Source: a bacterium
GTDB lineage: Bacteria; UBP14; UBA6098; B30-G16
Reading direction: 5' to 3'
DNA length: 64,000 bases
Assembly: GCA_021162205.1 (NCBI GenBank)
Contig: JAGGZE010000148.1
Coordinates: 283 to 64,282, forward strand
The first letter of the stretch is position 1. The number at the start of each line of letters is the position of its first letter. The notes beneath the pieces were generated by a model. It was not told where the DNA came from. It searched no databases and saw only the letters and a list, made by a program, of their open reading frames with translations. Made by a program: the position numbers and the translations under genes. Below are positions 50,001 through 58,423 of the stretch, one piece after another.

Positions 50001-53000
50001 TATGGACATTCATAGTGGATTTGAATCCACCTACATGGATTTCAACCGACCCATCGCCCGCATCGTTTGTAGCATCGGGTTCGCCCACTATTTCAATCGC
50101 ATTTGTCGATTCCGTTTCGGGAGTTAATCCAACGAGTCTTAATATAACTATCGAGGGAAGTCCTTATGTGGGTATGCTGCCGGGGATTAACTGGGTCGAC
50201 CCCGCATTCGATATCGAGCTTGCGATGCTTGGATATTCTTTCGGCAATGGCGATACAATAGATTTTTGTTTCAATTCACTCGGTGACCTTTCAGCATATT
50301 GCGGTTCCAATGACCTTGCTCCCGATAGTTGCTGGCAATATTTCGTCGATTTGATAGGTCCAAGCGCAGATATAATTTATCCTGCAGACAGCTCATTTTT
50401 CGGATGTCCATCGGGGACTTTGGTTGTTTTGCTCTACGATAATTTCGGTATCGTAGAATCCACAGTTACATTGAATATTTCCAGTGTGCCATATACGATT
50501 ACTTCACCGCAAATGTGGATAAACGACGATACTATTTACTTCATACCATCGGCGGGATGGACAGATGGCGATACAATCATTGTTCAGGTTTCATCGGCGG
50601 AGGATTTTGCTGGAAATCCGATTACTTCGGGTGGTCCATGGCAATTCTATATCGACTTTTCGGGACCGCAAATTATTTCAGCGAATCCACCGAGCGGTTC
50701 GATATTGTCCAATCCAACACCGACAATATCTGCGGATATTCAGGATGATGGAGCGGGTATCGATGGCGGTTCAATCGATGTATTTGTAGATGGCTCTCCT
50801 GTAACCACAGGTGTTTCCTATTCTGCGGGAACTATAACAGTCGATTTTGCTGCTGCGGGATTATCTTATTCCTCGGGAGATACGATTGCGGTCTGTTATG
50901 GCGGCGACGACCTCGTTCTTTCGCAATATTGCGGACCGAACAGCGGCGATACCGCTTGTTTCCAATACATTTTCGATACAAATGGTCCGACTGCGAGTGT
51001 AATCGAACCTGTTCCAGGAAATTATACCACTTGCTCCGACCAAAATATATTGATTCGACTTGTCGATGATTTCGGCGTAAATAATTCATCGATTCATCTT
51101 CGAGTAAACGGTATGAATTATACGCTTACGGATTCAAATCTCACTTATATCGGCGATTCATTGCTTCAATTTTATCCACCCGATTCGCTGCCCGAGGGTG
51201 AAAATTTCGTAACACTATGGGGTGTTGCAGATGGCTCTGGCAATGTTCTCGCAAGCGATTCGTTGACATTCTCATTTTTCGTCGATTACACTCCACCTTA
51301 TATAACATCTACTTTGCCATTACCGGGGACTGTTGTTCCCGACAGCGAAATTATTATTCAAGTCGGGCTTGCAGATGATGGCAGTGGAGTGAAAGATTCG
51401 TCGATTACATTTACTGTAAATGGTGCGGTGTTCACTCTTGCCGATGGCTGTCTCGGCTGGGATGGCAGCACAGCTACATTGACACTCGCCGCTTGCGGAA
51501 TTTTATTTTCCGATGGCGATACTATTCGGGCTTGCGTTCGTGCAAGTGATAATCCCGATTATTGTTCGCCGAATAATATGAGCGATAGCTGCTGGTCGTT
51601 TTTGATTTCATTCGAGGGACCCGCTGTCGAAATTCTTGCGCCCACCGACTGGCAGACGAGTGCCTGCGACGACCAACCGATTTTCGTTCAGATTACCGAT
51701 GGCAATGGAATCGATGAGAGTTCGATTCAAATGATTGTCGATGGAAGCACATATACTACCGCTAATCCCGAACTTTCGTTTTACAACGATACGCTTAGAT
51801 TTATTCCATCTACGAACTGGACCGATGGCGAGACGGTTTCTGTTACATTGGTTTCGGCGAATGATGTGGTCGGCACACCGAGCAGCGACACACCGATTTC
51901 GTGGAGTTTTATAATCGACCTTTCGCCGCCTTATGTTTCGGGTGTGCATCCGCCCGCTGGCACATCGTTCTCCACCGGCGATGCCGATATCGCGGTCACT
52001 CTCACAGATGATATATCGGGCGCAAATCCTTATACTATCCGAGTTCAAATCGGTGCATATATGTTCACTTATCCCGCAGGCGATATGACCTACGATGGCG
52101 ATACATTATATTTTTCATTATCGGGACTTGGAATTATACCATTGGATGGCGATAGTTTAACGATTTGCGTGCAAAATACTCAGGATAATCCAGATTATTG
52201 CGACCCGAACACGATGACACCGTATTGTTTCAGCTATTATTTCGACTATCGCGGTCCGCAGGTGAATTTGATGTTTCCGCCGGAATCGGTATATGTTAGT
52301 TGCATAGATTCATCGATAATATGGACGGTCTGGGATGCCGCCGGTATCGATAGCCCATCGGTTCTCGTGAATATAGATGGCACAACAATCGATTTGACAT
52401 CGCCGCACCTTTCACTTTCGGGAACCTATTTGATTTTCAATCCCGATACGACTTTCACCGAGGGTGTTATGTTTCCTGTGGAAATCGTTTCTGTCGATGA
52501 TGGTGTCGGAAATACCACAGGACCACTTACTTGGTGGGTCGGTTTCGATACCACAGGACCCGTTCTATCCGACCCAGACCCTGCCGATGGCGGAGTGGCA
52601 TCCATCGCGACGCCTGTCATTTCGGTTGCTATCGATGATAATGCATCGGGAGTCTATCCATATTGGGCGAGAATGATAATAAACGATACCGATACTATTC
52701 ATGCAGTTGTCGGCGATATGAGTTGGGATGGTTTGCGACTTTCCGCAGATTTGGAAGCACTCGGAATATTTTTGCCCGGTGGCGAGACCACAACTGTTTG
52801 CATCGACAGTGTATTCGATAATGCTTATGCTTGCGGAAGAAATCTAAGCGAACAATTCTGCTGGAATTTCCGTGTCGATGAGGGCGGACCTATCCCGATA
52901 CTTATTTCACCGCCCGATGGTGCTATTTCATCATGCGATGACGATACAATTAAAATACTTCTGCGGGATAATAACGGCGTAGATTGGGTATCTACATCGC

Positions 53001-56000
53001 TTTCTGTCGATGGTGTCGAATATCCTGTGACTGTTGCTCCCTGCTTGATACTCGACGATTCCACTCTCGCATTTGTGCCATCGATTCCATTTTCCGATGG
53101 CGATACTGTTGAATTCTTCATCAGCGAATCCGCCGATACATTTGGTCATACGAGTTCGACACTTCCGCACTGGCAAATCGTAATCGACACATCTCCGCCA
53201 TATCCGTATCTACTCGAACCGACTGCCGGCGAATTTATCGATGACGATTGGCTTTGTGTGCTTCACGACAACATTGCTGGAATCGACACCGAATCCATCG
53301 ATGTCACTGTAAATGCTTTTTCGGCGACATATACATTGGATATAGATAGCGTGATACTCGATTTGAGTATTTTCAGTTTTTCCGATACCGATAGCGTGGA
53401 AATTTGTATCACTGTCGATGACCTTGTGAACTGGTGTCCGCCGAATGAACTCGATGAATGCTATCATTATTATATCGACAGGACAGAACCTTCGGCGTCG
53501 TTGATTTCGCCCTTTGCGGGAGCGATTTCCGCCTGCGATGACCAAACTGCCGAATGGATTATTCAGGATTATTTTGGCATAGATAATGCCACAATTTTAG
53601 TCGAATACAATGGCGATACAATCGGTATCGATGACCCGAGACTGACGATTTCGGGCGATACATTGATTTTTACTCCCATCGGTCTTTCCGATGGCGATAC
53701 TGTCCGCGCAACTTTGATTTCCGCATCGGATAATGCTGGCAATACTGCGAGCATCGGTTCTTCGGTATGGTATGTAATAGATTTATCGCCGCCGATATTC
53801 ACGGGTTCGATGCCTGTGGATAGTTCATCTGTCGGCGACCCTTCGCCGACTATACGAATTTATCTCGATGATGAAATCGCTGGTGTTAATGCTGGTTCTA
53901 TTTCAATAACAGTCGATGGTTCACCTGTATTACCTGCGTGGGATGGCTCTGCTGCGGTAATCGATTGCTCGGCACTTGGAATTATATTCGACGATGGCGA
54001 TACTGTGCAAGTATGTTTCAGCGCTGCGGATATGCCAGATTTATGTCCTGCTAATACTATGGCTGAAACTTGCATCGTATTTTTTATCAATCTATCTGGT
54101 CCGATGGCAAATATTATCGAGCCGATGCCAAATTCATATATTGCCTGCGATGATGGCGAACAGCATATTTTAATGACAATTTTTGACACCGATGGTGTAG
54201 ATGATAGCAGCATTTCATTCGTTATAAACGGCGATACAATCGATTTGGCAAGCCCCGAATTAAACTATTCCAACGATACTTTAACATACATCCCATCGAC
54301 AGCGTGGGTGGATGGCGAAACTGTTCATTGTGTTCTTAATTCGGTTCAGGATTCCATCGGAAATGTGCTGGCATCACCAATCGAGTGGAATTTCATTGTC
54401 GATTTATCGCCACCCGAATTCACTTCACCGATTCCCGCTATCGGCTCGACAGTCCCGAATTTGACAGGTGGAATATCGCTTTCGATTTCAGACATCGGTT
54501 CCGGCGTTAATGACAGTTCGATTCAAATCTGGATTGTCGGCGGAACGGACACATTTACACTCTCGACAGGACTTGTTTGGGATGGTATCGATGCTAATAT
54601 TCCCGAATCGCTTTTGTCCTCGCTATCATCGGGGCTTATAAATATCTGTGCCGCGGCATCGGATTTGCCCGACTACTGTGCAGCTAATTCAGATACATTC
54701 TGTTGGAATTTCACACTATCCGGTGAAGGACCGAATGCGGATGCGATTTCACCACTGCCTATGCAAATCATCTCCTGCGATGAGGGCGAACAGCAGATTT
54801 CGATTTATCTTCATTCAGATGATGGAATCGATATGGATAGTATAGATTTACAGGTGAATCACATATCGGTTTCAGGGACTTATGTTAACGATACTTTGAC
54901 ATATATTCCATCTGCTTCTTGGGCGGATGGCGAAACGGTTTTCGTTCATCTCGATGCCGAAGATATATATGGTGTTTCGCTTTCCGCTCCATTGGAATAC
55001 TGGTTCGTTGTGGATATGACCGCTCCTGTGTTCGATTTCGGTTCTATGACCTTTTTCCCGACTGGCTCGGTGAATATCGGTTTATCCGATACCATTGCCG
55101 GTGTGGATACTTCATCTGTCGAGGCGTATATATGGACAAATTCTGCGCCTGCAGATACTTTCATACCCTCGATTACTTATTCCGATGACACACTTCATCT
55201 CGATATATTATCCGCTCATCCATATTTCAGATTCGGCGATACTGTGAATTTTTGCATTTCAGCCGGCGACTTGGCTCAAATTTGCGGTGCTAATGAAGCG
55301 TTCGTATGCACATCGGCGGTAATCGAACCGATTTCCATTTTAATGCCTTTCGATGGTGCTATTACATCTTGCGACGACCAATCGATTTCCGTTGTATTGC
55401 CTGTGCCTGCGGGACTTAACGATTTTTTAGTGATTGTGAACGATGATTCTATCGGTGCAATCGATGTGGAACTTTTCGGTGATACTGTCCTTTATACGCC
55501 GACAACTCTATATTTTAGCGGTGAAATTGTCAATGTCGAAATCGTCAGTGCATTCGATGTATCGGGTCTCGAAATTCACTGCGACAATGTATTTCGTTTC
55601 ACTATCGACCTCGACCCGCCTGTTGTGATTCCAATATCACCGGCACCTGGTTCGGGAATCGTCGAGCCATCGCCGATAATATCTGCAATTTTAAGCGATT
55701 CTATCGCAGGAGTGAATTCTTCGACTATTCAAATTATATTAAATGGAACGGATACATTCACAATCGATTCCGCTGCGGTGGATTACAGCGATGATACTCT
55801 CGATTTGGATTGTATGGTTGCAGGACTTACTTTTGCGAATGATGAAACTGTGCAGGTTTGCATAGCCGCTGTGGATTCACCCGATTACTGCGAGCCCAAT
55901 GCTATGCCTGCACCGTATTGCTGGCTGTTCTATGTAAATTTCGAGGGACCATCGGCGGAACTCGAATTTCCTACAATCGGTTCGTCGGTTGCCTGTGAGG

Positions 56001-58423
56001 ATACCGCTATCGTGATTTTCCTCGACGATGAGGATGGCATAAATGAAAGTTCTATCGAGTTCGAGGTCGATGGTATCACATACACTACGGATTCTGCCGG
56101 ACTTTCATTCTCGGGAGATACCCTGTATTACTCGATTGGTTCGACTTACGATGGCGATACGGTTCATTTTTCGCTTGTAGAGGCATCGGATTCCGATGGC
56201 AATTTGCTTGCAGCGCCGCTTACGGGATGGTTTATATTCGACCTTGCTCCACCGTATTTAGACAGTTGGTCGCCATTAACCACGACAGAGACATCGCCGA
56301 CAATTTGGTTTGTGCTTATCGATAGTGTCAGCGGAATCGATTGGACATCGTTGAATGTTGTAATCGGTAGCTCGGTTTTCGATACATCGTCGCCGGCGCT
56401 AACTATTTCAGGCGATACTGTCTATTTCGATTGTTCTATTGCGGGAATCGTTTTCGATGTCGGCGATACGAGTATTTTCTTCAGCGTATCCGACCAACCT
56501 GATTTCTGCGGTTCGCACTCGCTCGATACATTCTTTGTGATTACGATTTTGCCGAGTGGCGATGGACCGATTGCAAATCTAATTCAACCAGATAGCGGTT
56601 CGGTTATTTCTTGCGATGGTGGAAATATCGCATTTGTGGTTCAGGGACCTTATGATATTCTCGAGGATTCACTTGGATTGGTTATCGGCGATACATTGCG
56701 ATTGGTGAACGCATATACTCCGCCGGGTTTAACAGTTTCCGCTGTGGGCGATACCGTGCGGTTCAATTTTCCTGGAACTTTCGCAAATGGCGATACTGTG
56801 CAGTTCTCACCGATTGGATACGATGAATTTTTCACTCCTGTGGCATCTGTGGAATGGTTTTTCGTAATCGATTTAGAGCCGCCTATAAATACTTTAATTC
56901 AGCCGATTTCACAGACAACAAATTCGCTCGCACCTATCGAAATCGGTATTTTAGATAATATAGCGGGAGTTCTATCTGATTCGATATTTATTACAATAAT
57001 TACTCCGCGAGGGAACTGGCAATTTACTGTCGATTCTCTCGGTGCAAACTGGGATGGCTCGACATTCACAATCGACCCAGATGTTGTCAATGGTTCTGCA
57101 CCTTGGACACCCATAGACGATTCGACATTGCTATATTTCCACGAGAACGAAACGCTATATGTTTCGGTGCAATCCTGCGATAGTGCGCAATTGTGTGGTG
57201 CGAACTGTTCCGACGATACGCTGATGTTCTACACGAACGATGACGATACGATTCCACCGGATTTAATCGGTTGGGCACCCGAAAGCGTTTATGCTGGAAC
57301 AGATTTCGATTTGTCGATTTATGTTTCGGATTCATCGGGACTCGGACCCTGCTGTTTCGCTATTGTCGATGGCGAAACTTTGAGTGTTGTTATAATTCCC
57401 GATGGCGATTCGTTCATTGTGAATATTTTAGGTTTGACCGCACCTGCTCCAGATGAAACATTGTGGATTCAAATTAACCTTTGCGATGACGATTTCGATT
57501 TCGAGAATATCGAAGATAGAATAGATACATTTTATAATATTCCAATAATCTCGATTGCCGGTCAAGGACCGGTTGTTCGGTTTATTCAGCCGCTCGATAG
57601 CGAATATATTTCCTGTGCCGATGGTCCGATTATAGCGCTCGTTTCCGATAGCGATGGCGTAAATACATTATCGGTTGTGTTTGTCGAGGGAATAGATACA
57701 CTACCGATTATATGGAATGGTGATACTGTGAATATTTCACCGCTCACTCCGTGGTCCAATGGCGATATTGTGAATATTTCATTGATTCACAGCGAGGATA
57801 TTATCGGAAATATCGGCGATACAACGGAAATTACATTCACTGTCGATTTGACTCCACCTGAAATCTCGCTAATTTCACCCGACACGGGAATAATCGATGG
57901 CGATGAAACTGCCCGGTTCGATATTTTAGATTCACTTTCGGGTGTCGGTGAAATATACGGTATAATCGGTTCGGATACGATTTTGCTGGATGTCGATAAT
58001 CCATCGATTTCGCTTGCGGGATATGGTGCTTTTAGCGAGACATTGAACATAGAAATATACGCTTGCGATAATGCTTTATATTGCGGAGCGAATTGTGATA
58101 GCGCTAATTTCTGGTTTATTCCTGCGCCGCAAACTCACTGTGATGCTTATCCGATTCCATTTACGCCTAACAACGACGGTGTGAACGATTATATCTATTT
58201 CGACTATCCCGATATGGTTAAAGATGGTGCAACCGTTTCGATATTGACTGTCGATGGAATGATGGTGCGCAAAATCGACCTTTCGCCATCGTTACCGAGA
58301 ACAACAGCTCTTTGGGATGGCACAAACGATAATGGCGACCCATTGCCTCCCGGAATATATATATATGTTGTTTCGAGAGATGGACGGGTTCTATGCAAAG
58401 GTAGTATTGCACTTGCGAGATGA
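47024..58423 (+). CDS. Giant (3799 aa) acidic secreted protein with 17 tandem two-domain Ig-like repeats and a type-B T9SS-like C-terminal domain
   Basis: Signal peptide; units of about 205 aa, GP.A..I.P...C...D..GN...W.F.VDL.PP then D..SGV...FSDGDTV.VC...CG.N...CW.F; PFTPNNDGVND...WDG...PGIYIY...GSIALAR tail. Confidence 0.9.
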   Translation: MRKAIPFLLLFFLICFAVPPGPTANMFVPKNGGWAGCDFQTIRIAITDINNDEVDTTTIQLRVNGILYLWHDSHLDWSDDSVLIFTPTSAFSASETVRVVLEQANTMDGLPLQAGSYSYEFYMDFDYPFFLPETRYPPPGTTVCADVGSIAVKVMDTTSGIPYDGLCMCVNANHYTCSPNRSDGYCWQPSLDTQFVYVDSTFYIKWNYFTSFDDEDSITACLHKAVDYVTNDYADSLICGPHWFDTTDVQQCWTFIKDCIGPRAYLIFPGIDDTTACDSIVIGFIDFSGVDTMLIKMSITGIFPFPQVNVSPDFNASADGDTAYFVGTLGEGNISMRLMQVRDKAGNTSSTSSFPIWSIYVDKSAPVASSPLPPDGSTAGSSTPSVSIAVSDVYTAPEPNSMELEIDGVHYNYPHPALSWDGSRLTFSSSVAGVSFSDGDTVDVCLNSACDIVPSDKCGPNCITTPFCWSFTIDQGGPRAELISPPDSIYTACADQNIILHIWDPSGVNPLSIVLGVEGTTYDSLDNMIYSNDTLIFTPPSNWTNGQEIDWALTAADDIIGNPLATPISGIFYVDLLPPFVTNIQPFAGTRFGPSYLTAIWTLIDPQAGVDPTTAIVSVQGNNYPYPGGFSWDGSDLDFNLAFTSLSFSDGETVQVCLHIGDSITAQFCGPNWRDTCTYFIADLAGPVADMIYPPESTITACANGEIKIYTSDIDGIEQSSVQLNIDGTTYFDASPEISWSDDTIIFTPSTPFVHGDTVDVRLIMLSDTLGNNISSSFDWVFYIDIEPPQLTAYNPPNNGEVSNTSPTIRFWLDDVSAGVDTTTITIRIDGAEYNVGSPGCAWSGGQIIFDCAGAGLSFGDGDTVDVCFVSASDLVNSSLCGPNTTNPDSCWFFRIDLSGPTTDLILPLDGSYTSCANQEIWVYLYDDQGIFPESTAVRVNDDTLYAWLGELTTHGDTAIYSPAVPFTDGEIVNVQVVHATDSLGNTMTGGDIWTFIVDLNPPTWISTDPSPASFVASGSPTISIAFVDSVSGVNPTSLNITIEGSPYVGMLPGINWVDPAFDIELAMLGYSFGNGDTIDFCFNSLGDLSAYCGSNDLAPDSCWQYFVDLIGPSADIIYPADSSFFGCPSGTLVVLLYDNFGIVESTVTLNISSVPYTITSPQMWINDDTIYFIPSAGWTDGDTIIVQVSSAEDFAGNPITSGGPWQFYIDFSGPQIISANPPSGSILSNPTPTISADIQDDGAGIDGGSIDVFVDGSPVTTGVSYSAGTITVDFAAAGLSYSSGDTIAVCYGGDDLVLSQYCGPNSGDTACFQYIFDTNGPTASVIEPVPGNYTTCSDQNILIRLVDDFGVNNSSIHLRVNGMNYTLTDSNLTYIGDSLLQFYPPDSLPEGENFVTLWGVADGSGNVLASDSLTFSFFVDYTPPYITSTLPLPGTVVPDSEIIIQVGLADDGSGVKDSSITFTVNGAVFTLADGCLGWDGSTATLTLAACGILFSDGDTIRACVRASDNPDYCSPNNMSDSCWSFLISFEGPAVEILAPTDWQTSACDDQPIFVQITDGNGIDESSIQMIVDGSTYTTANPELSFYNDTLRFIPSTNWTDGETVSVTLVSANDVVGTPSSDTPISWSFIIDLSPPYVSGVHPPAGTSFSTGDADIAVTLTDDISGANPYTIRVQIGAYMFTYPAGDMTYDGDTLYFSLSGLGIIPLDGDSLTICVQNTQDNPDYCDPNTMTPYCFSYYFDYRGPQVNLMFPPESVYVSCIDSSIIWTVWDAAGIDSPSVLVNIDGTTIDLTSPHLSLSGTYLIFNPDTTFTEGVMFPVEIVSVDDGVGNTTGPLTWWVGFDTTGPVLSDPDPADGGVASIATPVISVAIDDNASGVYPYWARMIINDTDTIHAVVGDMSWDGLRLSADLEALGIFLPGGETTTVCIDSVFDNAYACGRNLSEQFCWNFRVDEGGPIPILISPPDGAISSCDDDTIKILLRDNNGVDWVSTSLSVDGVEYPVTVAPCLILDDSTLAFVPSIPFSDGDTVEFFISESADTFGHTSSTLPHWQIVIDTSPPYPYLLEPTAGEFIDDDWLCVLHDNIAGIDTESIDVTVNAFSATYTLDIDSVILDLSIFSFSDTDSVEICITVDDLVNWCPPNELDECYHYYIDRTEPSASLISPFAGAISACDDQTAEWIIQDYFGIDNATILVEYNGDTIGIDDPRLTISGDTLIFTPIGLSDGDTVRATLISASDNAGNTASIGSSVWYVIDLSPPIFTGSMPVDSSSVGDPSPTIRIYLDDEIAGVNAGSISITVDGSPVLPAWDGSAAVIDCSALGIIFDDGDTVQVCFSAADMPDLCPANTMAETCIVFFINLSGPMANIIEPMPNSYIACDDGEQHILMTIFDTDGVDDSSISFVINGDTIDLASPELNYSNDTLTYIPSTAWVDGETVHCVLNSVQDSIGNVLASPIEWNFIVDLSPPEFTSPIPAIGSTVPNLTGGISLSISDIGSGVNDSSIQIWIVGGTDTFTLSTGLVWDGIDANIPESLLSSLSSGLINICAAASDLPDYCAANSDTFCWNFTLSGEGPNADAISPLPMQIISCDEGEQQISIYLHSDDGIDMDSIDLQVNHISVSGTYVNDTLTYIPSASWADGETVFVHLDAEDIYGVSLSAPLEYWFVVDMTAPVFDFGSMTFFPTGSVNIGLSDTIAGVDTSSVEAYIWTNSAPADTFIPSITYSDDTLHLDILSAHPYFRFGDTVNFCISAGDLAQICGANEAFVCTSAVIEPISILMPFDGAITSCDDQSISVVLPVPAGLNDFLVIVNDDSIGAIDVELFGDTVLYTPTTLYFSGEIVNVEIVSAFDVSGLEIHCDNVFRFTIDLDPPVVIPISPAPGSGIVEPSPIISAILSDSIAGVNSSTIQIILNGTDTFTIDSAAVDYSDDTLDLDCMVAGLTFANDETVQVCIAAVDSPDYCEPNAMPAPYCWLFYVNFEGPSAELEFPTIGSSVACEDTAIVIFLDDEDGINESSIEFEVDGITYTTDSAGLSFSGDTLYYSIGSTYDGDTVHFSLVEASDSDGNLLAAPLTGWFIFDLAPPYLDSWSPLTTTETSPTIWFVLIDSVSGIDWTSLNVVIGSSVFDTSSPALTISGDTVYFDCSIAGIVFDVGDTSIFFSVSDQPDFCGSHSLDTFFVITILPSGDGPIANLIQPDSGSVISCDGGNIAFVVQGPYDILEDSLGLVIGDTLRLVNAYTPPGLTVSAVGDTVRFNFPGTFANGDTVQFSPIGYDEFFTPVASVEWFFVIDLEPPINTLIQPISQTTNSLAPIEIGILDNIAGVLSDSIFITIITPRGNWQFTVDSLGANWDGSTFTIDPDVVNGSAPWTPIDDSTLLYFHENETLYVSVQSCDSAQLCGANCSDDTLMFYTNDDDTIPPDLIGWAPESVYAGTDFDLSIYVSDSSGLGPCCFAIVDGETLSVVIIPDGDSFIVNILGLTAPAPDETLWIQINLCDDDFDFENIEDRIDTFYNIPIISIAGQGPVVRFIQPLDSEYISCADGPIIALVSDSDGVNTLSVVFVEGIDTLPIIWNGDTVNISPLTPWSNGDIVNISLIHSEDIIGNIGDTTEITFTVDLTPPEISLISPDTGIIDGDETARFDILDSLSGVGEIYGIIGSDTILLDVDNPSISLAGYGAFSETLNIEIYACDNALYCGANCDSANFWFIPAPQTHCDAYPIPFTPNNDGVNDYIYFDYPDMVKDGATVSILTVDGMMVRKIDLSPSLPRTTALWDGTNDNGDPLPPGIYIYVVSRDGRVLCKGSIALAR

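Noticed and set aside
47024-58423. Assembly artefact, recent tandem amplification or diversity-generating retroelement target
   Set aside because: The repeats are highly diverged in DNA, and I saw no reverse transcriptase or adenine-specific template/variable repeat pair.
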